From the IMG/VR virus record IMGVR_UViG_3300046170_000301: a DNA stretch of 64,000 bases. One strand, given 5' to 3'. The DNA is from a virus. The translations under genes were made by a program, and so were the position numbers. A model generated the notes under the pieces. It ran no database searches. It was given only the letters and a program-made list of their open reading frames with translations, and was not told the DNA's origin. This document shows positions 38,718-48,890 of this stretch, one piece after another (within the stretch, counting starts at the first letter, position 1; every line of letters begins with the position of its first letter).

Positions 38718-38805
38718 ATAAGAGTCTTCCCTGTTTGAGCATCGTTGAGAGGCTTGGGAGAGGTAGGACTTACACTAAGTTTGGACCTCCGTTGCTAATG
38801 AAGTT

Positions 38806-38834
38806 ATTATATCACTCCTTGGGACAATCGTCAA
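38806..38834 (-). promoter_or_regulatory. Sigma70 promoter for the tRNA cluster
   Basis: TTGACG (38829-38834), 17 bp, TATAAT (38806-38811). Confidence 0.7.
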
Positions 38835-39246
38835 CCCAGGTAGCACAGAGTCTCATTGGTCCTCCAAGTAGTCCAGCATCACCACTTTGATTTTCTGGTT
38901 TTGCTTCTTCTTCAACATATCTTGGTTGATATCTTTTGTTGTCTTCCTCAATTATTCTATCATACTCTGGGGTTACTTTGTCAATAGATTTATCAACTTC
39001 CATTTCAATTTTAGAATCTAGTGCCTTTTCAGTATGTTCTTTTGGTATCACATATTGAAGATTAAAGTGTTGAACAATAGCACTGTAAATTTTTAATAGT
39101 TCTTTCTCATCTATTTTTAACCAACCAGAAATACTTGCAACAAGAAATAATAAGATTGAAGAAATTATCAATCCTTTAAATTTTTTTCCACTTAAGATTG
39201 GAAGAATTTTAAATTTTCCATCTTTGACTTCAAATAATTTAAACAT
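38812..39246 (-). CDS. Membrane-anchored hypothetical protein
   Basis: One TM helix; C-terminal GGPMRLCATWVDDC. Confidence 0.6.
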   Translation of the reverse strand: MFKLFEVKDGKFKILPILSGKKFKGLIISSILLFLVASISGWLKIDEKELLKIYSAIVQHFNLQYVIPKEHTEKALDSKIEMEVDKSIDKVTPEYDRIIEEDNKRYQPRYVEEEAKPENQSGDAGLLGGPMRLCATWVDDCPKE

Positions 39247-39532
39247 CGTTTTCTTTGTAAAATTTTTCTATTGCATCATCTACAATTTGTTTATAATCAA
39301 TCTGTTTTTTATCTCTCAATTTCTTAGTATCAAAAGTTAAAGTTGGTGTTATCGAATTATCTTCTTCGACAGTTACCTTTAAACCAAAAATATTTTTCTT
39401 TAGTTGAATATTTAATGTATTTACACTCTCTAAAGATACCTCTACCTTATCATTTTCTGCTTTTATGAATCCAGATTTTGCCAAAATATCAACAACGTCC
39501 TTTTCGGATTCTGGAAAATTATCGATTGACAT
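39239..39532 (-). CDS. Hypothetical protein
   Basis: 97 aa ORF overlapping the start of the next gene. Confidence 0.55.
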   Translation of the reverse strand: MSIDNFPESEKDVVDILAKSGFIKAENDKVEVSLESVNTLNIQLKKNIFGLKVTVEEDNSITPTLTFDTKKLRDKKQIDYKQIVDDAIEKFYKENDV

Positions 39533-39581
39533 AAAAAAAGAGAAGATTTTCCTCCTCTATTTATTCTACTATTTAATTATT

Positions 39582-39944
39582 TCAAACTCTTGAATAACAA
39601 ACTCTTACATGTCCTTGAGATGGAATTGCAATAGAAGAGAATGCACCGTAAGAAAGATCAAGATCTCTACCACCAACATATGGACCTCGGTCATTCACAC
39701 GAACAATCACAGATTTACCATTAGATTGATTTGTCACTCGTAGTTTAGTTCCAAAAGGAAACCAACGATGTGCTACAGAATTACCGTAGGCATTGTAGGT
39801 TTCTCCATTAGCAGTTGTCCTACCGTGGTATCCATCACCAATACCATAATGTGAAGCAGTAGTGCATCCGCTGGACGCTTTTGCTTCTGGAGTTGCCAGT
39901 CCCAAAGAAGCAACAGCAAAAAGAATAGATGAAAATAGGCGCAT
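39582..39944 (-). CDS. rlpA: RlpA-like lytic transglycosylase (DPBB domain)
   Basis: Signal peptide; GRTTANGETY, AHRWFPFGT and VRVNDRGPYVGGRDLDLS motifs. Confidence 0.9.
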   Translation of the reverse strand: MRLFSSILFAVASLGLATPEAKASSGCTTASHYGIGDGYHGRTTANGETYNAYGNSVAHRWFPFGTKLRVTNQSNGKSVIVRVNDRGPYVGGRDLDLSYGAFSSIAIPSQGHVRVCYSRV

Positions 39945-40058
39945 TAAAATTAAATTGAACTCGACATCCTCCAAGTGTGCTGGAGGATACCCAACATAAC
40001 ATGGGTTGAGCAGGTTGTCAAGGGGTCAATCTAAATACTTTTAAATCGCCACAATACA

Positions 40059-40211
40059 ATGTATCATATTAACAAAGATGACATCATCAATTTAGTTAGA
40101 GCTTGTGAAAGGTATCAAGAGTCATCAAGTTCAGAATATATGTGGGAGAAGTATCAAAAATTAATAAAAAAATTAAATATCTATTACGAACAGAACTACG
40201 ACCAGAACTAA
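40059..40211 (+). CDS. Hypothetical protein (50 aa)
   Basis: MYHINKDDIINLVRACERYQESSSSEYMWEKY...; CTAAATA at 40031-40037. Confidence 0.55.
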   Translation: MYHINKDDIINLVRACERYQESSSSEYMWEKYQKLIKKLNIYYEQNYDQN

Positions 40212-40666
40212 CTTCTCCAAAGTTTTCCTTCTGCTTTACGTCTCCTAAGTAAACCAGCTTCTACTTTACTACCAGGATTTCTATACATCTCAAGAACTTT
40301 TGGAACATCATTCCAGTTACGTTTTTTTAATGTCCTCGTAATTGTATTGAAACCAGAAGAACCATAGAAGTTAGCACCAAGATTATAAGCAAAACTTAGT
40401 AGTGCTCCACGCTGATTCATATTCATCTCATTCCAGTATGGAATCTTTGTTAGTGGTGGAAGGAACTCTTTCGTAATTTGATTAATTAGAAGAGAATCAG
40501 CAACACTCTGGGATATTTGCTGGTCAAGTGTAAATGGTTTGCCATTGTAATCTCTTATGCTACCCCATCCATTAGTAATAGGAAGACCACCAGAAAGAGG
40601 GTCTGGATATGCTTTTAGATGGCAACCTTCAAACTCTTTAATTAACTCTACTCCTTTTTCTGGCAC
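40208..40666 (-). CDS. GH24 lysozyme (endolysin domain)
   Basis: LIKEFEGCHLKAYPD...GWG, ALLSFAYNLG and GLLRRRKAE motifs. Confidence 0.9.
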   Translation of the reverse strand: MPEKGVELIKEFEGCHLKAYPDPLSGGLPITNGWGSIRDYNGKPFTLDQQISQSVADSLLINQITKEFLPPLTKIPYWNEMNMNQRGALLSFAYNLGANFYGSSGFNTITRTLKKRNWNDVPKVLEMYRNPGSKVEAGLLRRRKAEGKLWRS

Positions 40667-40695
40667 CTCATATTTACTAGTAGGAGTAGAGTTTG

Positions 40696-41394
40696 TTACT
40701 TTTTTGCTTCAAAGGTTCTCCCCCATCCTGACGTAGGACCTTCTGGAGTCCACCTACGAGCCAGTTCTGAACGTTTGTAGATGGTACCCTTGCCGTTGTA
40801 TACCGAGCTTGTGTAGGCGTCGTTGAGGGAGCCGTAGGGGTCGTTGACGACGTAATCACCCGATAGGGTCTTTCCTATGACCACAACCATGTGCCCACCT
40901 GTAGGATTAGCAAGAGTGCCACGATGAAGTATCCCAATAACCACTGGTCTTCGCTTAGAAAGTTCACGATCAAGGTCATTAAAGCTAAGATGATAATGAA
41001 AGCTTGATTTAATTCCATAAGAATTTAACACTCTCGTCTGTACTAAATGGTTTGCAGTGTCACCAATAGAGAACACTTTTCTGATGTAAGCATCATCTCC
41101 TTTCTTACCAAGCAATGTGCCAGGTTTAAAATATTCAAGACACATAGCACAAGCAGAACTATTACAAGTTCTATTGGCATCTCTATAATTATCTGTCTGT
41201 GGATAATATGGAACGTTGAGAACAAGGTCTGCTGGTTTTGCCAACGGTGTTCTATATGTTTTAACCCAATCTGCTTCATCATAAAGAAGTTCTGGTTTCA
41301 ATACAGAAATTTCAGAAGCAAGTTTTGCTACTGCTTCTAAATGTTTCGGATTATTCTCGTCAAAATATTTGAAAAAATTCTTGAAGTCAATCAT
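40696..41394 (-). CDS. C39-like peptidase (cell-wall/lysis associated)
   Basis: LNVPYYPQTDN...CNSSACAM, GGHMVVVIG and VNDPYG catalytic Cys/His/Asp motifs. Confidence 0.85.
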   Translation of the reverse strand: MIDFKNFFKYFDENNPKHLEAVAKLASEISVLKPELLYDEADWVKTYRTPLAKPADLVLNVPYYPQTDNYRDANRTCNSSACAMCLEYFKPGTLLGKKGDDAYIRKVFSIGDTANHLVQTRVLNSYGIKSSFHYHLSFNDLDRELSKRRPVVIGILHRGTLANPTGGHMVVVIGKTLSGDYVVNDPYGSLNDAYTSSVYNGKGTIYKRSELARRWTPEGPTSGWGRTFEAKK

Positions 41395-41734
41395 TGTTGT
41401 CTCCGTATAGGTTTATAAAATACTCGGCATCTACTACAACTAAAGGTTTTTCACCATTCTTTTTGATGACAACTATTGGCTCGTAGTTACCTTTATTGGC
41501 AACTGCCTGTTTGTATGCTTCCCAGATATTTAGTTTTTGTGTATTTTTGCACTCGATTGAATGTGGGAAGGATTTTCTGGCAGCCCGAGCCATTATAATA
41601 TCTTCACCACCAGCTCCCATAGACCTCGATTCAATGTCTTCTGGGTGAATATTAAGATGTTCTATTAATTTATTTCTAACCCACTGCTGTAATCTTCTAC
41701 CCTTATTTTTAGCCGAGCTTGGTTTAATTGGCAT
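41387..41734 (-). CDS. PD-(D/E)XK nuclease / Holliday junction resolvase-like protein
   Basis: SAKNKGR.LQ, GAGGEDI and IECK motifs. Confidence 0.75.
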   Translation of the reverse strand: MPIKPSSAKNKGRRLQQWVRNKLIEHLNIHPEDIESRSMGAGGEDIIMARAARKSFPHSIECKNTQKLNIWEAYKQAVANKGNYEPIVVIKKNGEKPLVVVDAEYFINLYGDNND

Positions 41735-41762
41735 CAGTATCCTCCATTATAATCCAACCCCT

Positions 41763-42905
41763 TTAAAGTTTAAATTGTGAAAATTGATTAGATTTCATAT
41801 CTTGCTTTAGACCACCAATTACATATGTTTCTTGCTCCGTTTCTTGTGGAGCAACTTGAAGACCCTTGGAGTTCAACCAGTGCTCAGTCCAAGGAAGTGG
41901 ATTACTATTAGCAGGAACATCAAAGATTGGTTTCAATCCAATAGCTTTGAGACGACGATTGGCAATCCACTCTACATATTTACCTAATAATTTGTCATTA
42001 AGACCAATCATACTTCCATTCTTTGAAGAGGTATTTTGCCCATTGTTTCTCTTCATCAACTGTCTTCTTAAACATTCTGATTGTATTCTCTCTTTCCTTC
42101 TTCTGCGATCTGTTTCATCTCTGGATCATCGCCTTCATTCCATTTGTTCAATATCTGTTGTGTCACAACTACATGCTGGTTCTCATCCCGACTGATGAGG
42201 GATATGATTTTAGCAGATCCTTCCATGAGTTTGAGTTCACCGAATGCAAATGAGCACGCAAATGACACATAGAATCGTATTCCTTCCAGAATATTGACAT
42301 TGGCGATTGCCCTATAGAGTTTCCGTTTGAGTTCATGTCTGTCATAAGTTCCCTGTTGGATGTCCTTCCACTGCATATTTCCACAGATTACCAGAATCGT
42401 ACTCGTGAGCATCGTTCACAAAATCATCATATGATGATGTTACACTTTCTGCACGTTCTAATATTTTCTCGTCTTTTAAAATTGTATCGAATACTTCGGC
42501 TGGATCTGAGTAAACATTCTTGATGATGTATGTGTATGAACGACTATGGATCATCTCCATAAATTGCCAGACGTTCATGCACGCTTCCAACTCTGGAAGA
42601 GAACAATATGGTGCGAATGCCATACCAGGCGCCCTACCTTGAACAGAGTCTAACATGATCTGATATTTCAGATTTGAAGTAAAGATGTGCTTCTGTTCTG
42701 CTGTTAAGTTCTGATAATCAGAACGGTCTTTCTGTAGGGAAACTTCCTCTGGTCTCCAGAAATAGCCTAATTGTTGTTGAGTTAATTTCTCGAACACTGG
42801 ATATTTAGACCCATCGTATCTTTGAACTCCTAAAGGTTGTCCAAAAAACATGGGTTGTTTCTTTGTTTCTACTTCTTTTGTATTAAAAACAGTCAGACCT
42901 GACAC
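41763..42905 (-). CDS. nrdB: Ribonucleotide reductase class Ia beta subunit, broken by several indels in this assembly
   Basis: [33 protein letters not shown] and VAPQETE motifs spread over three ORFs. Confidence 0.88.
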
Positions 42906-42919
42906 GTTATTCTCCGTTG

Positions 42920-45208
42920 CTAAATTTTACAGGATTCACAATCATCTTCTTGTTCGACAGAACAATCTTCTAATAATTTATTTAAACTTTCTTTGACATC
43001 AACCTCATCAGTTTTGAGGTCATTTGTGTTTTGATAGTAGGATGTTTTCCAACCGTATTTGTATGTAGTTAAAAAATCATTTGCCATCACCGACACTGGA
43101 ACTTCATTGTCAGGGTAGTTCTCTGGATTGTAACTCCAGTTACCAGATATAGGCCTGATCAAAGAATTTTTGCATCACAGATATAATTTTAATATATCCT
43201 TCATTATCTTTCATATCCCAAAGAATTGTATAGTTATTCTTTAGATGTCCGTAGGAGGGAACAATCTGTTTAAGAGGCCCTTTCTTTGATTTTTAACGGA
43301 CAAGTAGTCTCTAGGTGGTTCAATTCCGTTTGTTGCGTTTGACACAATGGAACTGCTCTCCGAAGGCATTTGTGCGGACAGAGTGCTGTGCCTGAGTCCG
43401 TGTTCCAAGATAGATGACCTAAGACTATTCCAATCATAGTTGAGTTTGTTTGGTACGATCTCATCTACTTCAGTCTTGTAAGTATCAATCGGTAATATAC
43501 CACCAGAATATTTTGTACGATTAAAATATTCACACTTACCTTTTTCTTTTGCAAGTTGATTAGATGACTTTAACAGATAATATTGAAATGCTTCAGTAAG
43601 ATCATGAGTCAATTGCCATGCAGATGAATCACCATAGTGTTCTCCGTTCTTTGCCAAGTAGTGTGCAAGACCTATAAAACCAATACCAAGAGATCTTCTT
43701 TTTTTAGTTGAATTCTCTGCGGCCTTTACTGGATATCCCTGATAGTCAATTAACTCCTCCAGGCCCCTTACAGATAGGTCACAGAGGTCTTCTAATTCCT
43801 CTAGTCTATTAATCTTTCCAACATTAATTGCGGATAAAATACAGAGAGCGATCTCTCCATCAGGGTCATCAATGTGTGAGATTGGTTTTGTGGGTAAAGT
43901 AATTTCTTGACAAAGATTACTCATGCTCACTTTATCTATAAAAGATGAATGTGAGTTGCAATGATCAATATTCATCAGATAAAGACGACCAGTTTCTGCA
44001 CGTTCCTTAAGAATGTTTAAGATTAATTCTTGAGCATCTACTTGTGACTTAGGAACTGATTCATCTAACTCATATTGAGTGTATAGTTCATCAAAAGATT
44101 CCGTACCAAAACTATCATAAAGCCCTGGCACATCATGAGGAGAAAAAAGTGTGATCTTCTCGTTTGTAATAAACCTCTCATAAAATAATTTACTCAATTG
44201 AATACTATAGTCTAGTTTCCTTACACGATTATCTTCTGTTCCTTTATTGTTCTTGAGTACAATTATGTCTTCTATTTCTTTGTGCCAGATTGGGAAGTGG
44301 ACAGTCGCTGATCCACCTCTAATGCCGTTCTGAGTGCAACATCTGACAGTACTTTCAAACTTTTTGAGGAAAGGTACAACGCCTGTGTGCTGTACTTCTC
44401 CACCCCTGATTTTACTGTTGATGCCACGGATGCGGCCTGCGTTGATACCGATACCCGCCCTTTGTGCAACATATTTGCCGATAGCCATATCAGAACTAAA
44501 GATGCTATCGAGGGTGTCATCAGAATCAACAAGAACACAGCTAGCAAATTGTCTAAGAGGAGTTCGTACCCCGCCCATGATAGGCGTGGGGATGTTGATT
44601 CGGTGTTTCGAGATTGCTTGGTAGTATCTGGTGACATAATCGAGTCTTGTTTCTTGTGGATATTCTGCAAATATAGTCATCGCAATCACAAGATACATGA
44701 ACTGAGGAGTTTCATAAACTTGCCCAGAACTTCTATCTTGCACAAGATATTTATCAACTACTTGTCTGAAGTCCAGCATATGTAAATAGATAATCCCTGA
44801 TCATGGTCAATGAAGCATTAATTTTGCATTCTTCATCTGAATATTTACAAGATTCATATCATAAACATCTAGAATCATGATATAGCAGCAATGCATCAAA
44901 ACATGTTGGCAGTTCCTTTCCTCCAAATGTCATATACTTTTACGAATAGAGAATAAAAGTAATCTTGCTGCAACAAATTGATAGTTAGGATGGTCAAGTG
45001 AAATAAGGTCGCTTGCTGAACGAATAAGAATCTCTTGGATTTCTTCTGTTGTAATACCGTCATAAAACTGAATACCAGAATTCATTTCTACTTGAGAAGC
45101 AGAAACTCCACCAATACCTTCACATGCTTCGTCTACCATTTTGTGGATTTTGTCAAGATTTAGCGGTTCAACGGCACCGCTTCTCTTTTTTACGTTGATA
45201 CTGCTCAT
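42920..45208 (-). CDS. nrdA: Ribonucleotide reductase class Ia alpha subunit, broken by indels; 44770-44940 garbled
   Basis: ATP-cone, QFASCVL, SNLCQEI, QMPSESSS, KTSYY and CESCKI motifs across three ORFs. Confidence 0.9.
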
Positions 45209-46200
45209 ACTTTTTTCCATTCGATTAACTTTAACTTTGCTTCTAATCCTTGATAAGTATTGTATTTTACCACACTTTGAACATCGTGTCCAGATAAAAC
45301 CATGTCGTTGACATCTTTATCTGTTATAGAACTTGGCCATATCACTACTGGATAACCTTTGTCGATTGTCTTTGATATTTTATCAACGATTTCTCGGTTT
45401 CTTGGTTCGTTATCAAATACGAATGTAAATTGATAATTGAAAGTGCTAAGGTCAACATCGCTACCGCACATAGCAATACTGTTCCTAATGAACATGGAGT
45501 CAAAGGGTCCTTCGGTAACATAAATCTGTTTCTCCAAATCAACTCTATCCCAACCAAACACTTTTTGTTTGGCATCATCTAACATGACACTGATGTATCT
45601 TAGCTTTGCTTTAGGGGCAAGTGAACGTCCTTGATATCCGAACATCTTACCATCTTTATCCCTCATTGGGATTATAATACGAGGACTATCTTTCCTCAAA
45701 GTATCAAATACTTTCTTTTGAGAATTAGTCCACTCTTTAAATTTAGGACAATAGAAAAAGTAATCTAACTCTTTAATTTTTCTTGATTCTAAGTATTGTC
45801 TGGCTGGGTGAGAAGTATTTAGATTTGATATTGATTCCAAGTTTACATCTCTTTTTGTTTTAACAAAAACAGGTGGTTTGAAATTGAAATCTGGATTCTT
45901 TGTTTGTGTTCCTTTGCCAGTCAGACCTTCTTTGTATCTTTCCAACACATACTGGTCATGAAGATGTGGACAATTATCCTTCAAGAAATTGGTAAATGTC
46001 CTTCCAACTCCACAGTTATGGCATTTGAAAACAAAGTCATTTTTTATCTTAAACAGATATCCCCGAGTTTTATCTTTTCTTTTTTTACTGTCTCCACAAT
46101 ATGGACACCTGAAATTATAAAGGGAATCTTTTTTTCTTGAGAATTTTAGTAATTGAGGTGATATAAGATTGATGTATTTAACATCAATGTAACTCATCAT
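45205..46200 (-). CDS. gp61: DNA primase gp61
   Basis: CPYCGDS...CHNC zinc finger; EGPFDS, FDNEPRN and KDVND Toprim motifs. Confidence 0.93.
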   Translation of the reverse strand: MMSYIDVKYINLISPQLLKFSRKKDSLYNFRCPYCGDSKKRKDKTRGYLFKIKNDFVFKCHNCGVGRTFTNFLKDNCPHLHDQYVLERYKEGLTGKGTQTKNPDFNFKPPVFVKTKRDVNLESISNLNTSHPARQYLESRKIKELDYFFYCPKFKEWTNSQKKVFDTLRKDSPRIIIPMRDKDGKMFGYQGRSLAPKAKLRYISVMLDDAKQKVFGWDRVDLEKQIYVTEGPFDSMFIRNSIAMCGSDVDLSTFNYQFTFVFDNEPRNREIVDKISKTIDKGYPVVIWPSSITDKDVNDMVLSGHDVQSVVKYNTYQGLEAKLKLIEWKKV

Positions 46201-46607
46201 CTAGTCTGTTCAATACGTTCCTCTATGGTAACACCCCTGTCGCCTACTGTCAATAGGTCTCCGAAGAACTGTGCTGAACCGATGATGAAGATGGCCGCCG
46301 AGGCAATGCCAATGGTCATCCAGCGAAAGTTATAAAACTCTCCCATCTTTTCTTCAAGAGATTTAATCTTTTCTTTTATATCTTTAATATATTCAAGAAG
46401 ACCTTCATCTGATTTATTACATTGGTCTATTCTTTCTTCATGTTTAGCAAGAATAGCAGCAATATTATTGTTGGTTTCACTGATTTTATTTACAGCATTA
46501 TCCAACTTATCCAACATCTCCCTTGAAAGTTCTTCGTATATCTCAACTCTTTGAGCAAGAAGTTCAAAAGATTTATCCATTTCAGATTTTACTGCTTTAC
46601 CAAACAT
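46197..46607 (-). CDS. Coiled-coil protein with C-terminal TM segment
   Basis: KLDNAVNKISE...LAKHEERI...FRWMTIG; usual neighbour of the primase gene. Confidence 0.65.
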   Translation of the reverse strand: MFGKAVKSEMDKSFELLAQRVEIYEELSREMLDKLDNAVNKISETNNNIAAILAKHEERIDQCNKSDEGLLEYIKDIKEKIKSLEEKMGEFYNFRWMTIGIASAAIFIIGSAQFFGDLLTVGDRGVTIEERIEQTR

Positions 46608-46626
46608 TTATTTTCCTCGTAAGTTC

Positions 46627-47346
46627 TCAAACATTACGAACTGAAAAATCAAGAACTTGCTGGAAAGTAGCAGCATCCTTGTTTAACATATAACGGAACC
46701 TATCTTTATTATCATCATTCAATTGAGAATAAGCAGCAGCAATTCTTTTTGCTGAAAAGTTGTCGAGGTTCTGTTGTGTTCCATCACCAAAAGTAATCTT
46801 AGCAAAGTTTGCTTCTCCTCTTGGGTCAAGTTCAGATGTAGCAACTTGTAGTGCTACTTCAAGAGCATCAACTCCAGTGTTTTCGTTAATCATGTCACCC
46901 TCCATTTCGTAAGAATTTTTTAGTGATGCTTTTTTCTGTTGTTCGGATGCTTTCTTTTTAAAATCAGCAAGACGAGCTTTCATTAAAGTATCCATCTCTT
47001 TAGTCTTGTCCTGCATTTTTGCTTTAGCTTCATCTCTTTTTTTCTGAAGCTCTTTAGACCTCTTGAGCTTTTTTTGTTGCCCAATAGATTTTTGTGCTCT
47101 CTCGGTTTCTGAAGGAGCAGCTTCTAGAATTTGTTTGTCTAGTTCTTCTTTCATTTTTTTACGTCTGGAAATACGAGAGAGTAGATTTTTTGCCCCCTTT
47201 GTTCTGCCGTCAATATAATCTTTATTATTTTTTTTATATTTACGACGCTGTTTTGTATTAACAAATACAAATGCTGGTGGAAGTGCAAGTCCACTTCCAT
47301 CACCTGCTATCATTTCTTTTAAATTAGATTCAGTTTCTTTAGACAT
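46627..47346 (-). CDS. Conserved cyanophage hypothetical protein (probable head-associated)
   Basis: LALPPAFVFV, IDGRTK and NLDNFSAKRI...YMLNKDA motifs. Confidence 0.6.
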   Translation of the reverse strand: MSKETESNLKEMIAGDGSGLALPPAFVFVNTKQRRKYKKNNKDYIDGRTKGAKNLLSRISRRKKMKEELDKQILEAAPSETERAQKSIGQQKKLKRSKELQKKRDEAKAKMQDKTKEMDTLMKARLADFKKKASEQQKKASLKNSYEMEGDMINENTGVDALEVALQVATSELDPRGEANFAKITFGDGTQQNLDNFSAKRIAAAYSQLNDDNKDRFRYMLNKDAATFQQVLDFSVRNV

Positions 47347-47675
47347 TCTTCATCAATTTGGTTGTTTAAAGCCGAGGGCAATCTATCGAGAAATAATAAA
47401 AATGCTTTCAAAACTGGCCAATAGTTAGACTCTATTTTGAAAAATAAAAGAGGTGTGGTAGCTTCATCAAATACATTATATAATAATATAATATGATTCA
47501 AAATAAGATTCACCTTCAATTCACCTTGGGTTTCATAACGACGAAATAATCTTTTAATGTATTTAAAAGTATTTAGGTCTTCTTGAAAGTCATCATATGT
47601 TACGCAAGTAGGGTTATCATAATTTTTCATAGCGAAAAGAACCCAATTGTCCTTGTTCAATTCATCAAAATTCAT
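47319..47675 (-). CDS. Conserved T4-like hypothetical protein
   Basis: FAMKNYDNP...DLNTFKYIKRL...LILNHII.LYNVF. Confidence 0.7.
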   Translation of the reverse strand: MNFDELNKDNWVLFAMKNYDNPTCVTYDDFQEDLNTFKYIKRLFRRYETQGELKVNLILNHIILLYNVFDEATTPLLFFKIESNYWPVLKAFLLFLDRLPSALNNQIDEECLKKLNLI

Positions 47676-47681
47676 TGATTA

Positions 47682-48272
47682 TCAAGCAACGGTCACAGTC
47701 AATATTGCTACATCAGAAATAACTTCTGGAGCACCAGCAGTTGAGGTAAGTTTGACACGATACTTTCTACCGTCATCATCAGTAGTTAATCCAGTAAGAG
47801 ATAGGGAAGCAGTTGTTTCTCCAGAAATAGTTTTCCAACGAGTTCCTGTTGCTTTCTGTGATTGCCACTGATAAACAATATCTCCAAGGTCAGGGTCATC
47901 AGCAGCAGTTACAGAGAATGTAACGGCTCCAACAGCATCATCCGTTGCTTGGTCTGTAGGTTGAACAGTAATATTAATTACAGAGGTTGCATCTGCTGCT
48001 ATAGCATCATCATCTTGAGTTTCCTGAGCATTAGGCTCTGGGTCTGCAATGATTATTAGATGCTCTGCTTTATGTCTGGTATGTCCTTCACAATCTGTAT
48101 AAGTGTAATAAGACCACCATCCAGGAGCATTAAGACCACGCTCTTTATTCTCTTCAAGAGCTGCTTCTGTATTGTCAATAAAGACAATTGTTTTTGATTG
48201 AGATGATTCAACTACACCACGTCCAGCTTTAGTTACGTTAGTGTTTGAGTCATCTTTCCCGTATAGAGACAT
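47682..48272 (-). CDS. Virion protein with C-terminal Ig-like domain
   Basis: ITVQP...YQWQ...DDGRKYRV Ig pattern; TATAAATA promoter at about 48308-48315. Confidence 0.75.
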   Translation of the reverse strand: MSLYGKDDSNTNVTKAGRGVVESSQSKTIVFIDNTEAALEENKERGLNAPGWWSYYTYTDCEGHTRHKAEHLIIIADPEPNAQETQDDDAIAADATSVINITVQPTDQATDDAVGAVTFSVTAADDPDLGDIVYQWQSQKATGTRWKTISGETTASLSLTGLTTDDDGRKYRVKLTSTAGAPEVISDVAILTVTVA

Positions 48273-48342
48273 TCAACCTCTCCAAAAATTTACTTTTTAC
48301 CTACAAATATTTATAAAAATAGGGGAGTTTCCTCCCCGTAAA

Positions 48343-48510
48343 TTATCTCTTCTTTTTTACTTTACTTACTAATGCTCTCAAAAAACTTCTAACGACTTGA
48401 AAAACACCCTTTTCTTTCAACCATGGAATGTAAGACAATGCTTCGGATATTGCCCATAAAGCAGCAAATACAATTGCGGCTCCATGAGAAATCAAAAAGC
48501 ACTCAATCAT
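48343..48510 (-). CDS. Small holin-like membrane protein (55 aa)
   Basis: MIECFLISHGAAIVFAALWAISEALSYIPWLKEKGVFQVVRSFLRALVSKVKKKR*: TM helix and basic tail. Confidence 0.55.
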   Translation of the reverse strand: MIECFLISHGAAIVFAALWAISEALSYIPWLKEKGVFQVVRSFLRALVSKVKKKR

Positions 48511-48686
48511 TTCTCAGAGCAGTTTTTGAGAAGAGCAACTCTTACGCTAGTTGAAATGAGGTCATCGATATCATTATCGGTTGTCTGAACATAGCGGTCA
48601 AGAAGGTCAACTACGAGAAGCTTGGTGTTGCAAGAGTTGAGGAATTTAAAAAGAATTGGTCTAAAAAGTTGTACTAAATTGTCCAT
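48507..48686 (-). CDS. Hypothetical protein (59 aa)
   Basis: MDNLVQLFRPILFKFL...LVVDLLDRYVQTTDNDIDD; AAGGAG SD; ATGA overlap with the next gene. Confidence 0.65.
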   Translation of the reverse strand: MDNLVQLFRPILFKFLNSCNTKLLVVDLLDRYVQTTDNDIDDLISTSVRVALLKNCSEK

Positions 48687-48890
48687 AATTTATTCTCCTT
48701 AAGGTAAGTTGGTCGTGGGTTTCCCTAATCTATTTATGTAAATTGGGGTCTTTCAACTGAGGAGACATTGTTTTAGATTGTCCCTTCATTGCTTTCTTAA
48801 GATACTTTCTTGTTTTCTTTTTATTTTCCATATCGTCAGGACCACCGTCTTCTAATTTAGGCATCACCTCAACGGTAGGTTCTGACTTCT

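Noticed and set aside
41763-45208. Split nrdA and nrdB as introns, inteins or programmed recoding
   Set aside because: Breaks are scattered 1-bp indels in both directions plus a garbled stretch (44770-44940), with no inserted sequence or ribozyme motifs. Best explained as low-quality consensus; true pseudogenisation is not excluded without reads.
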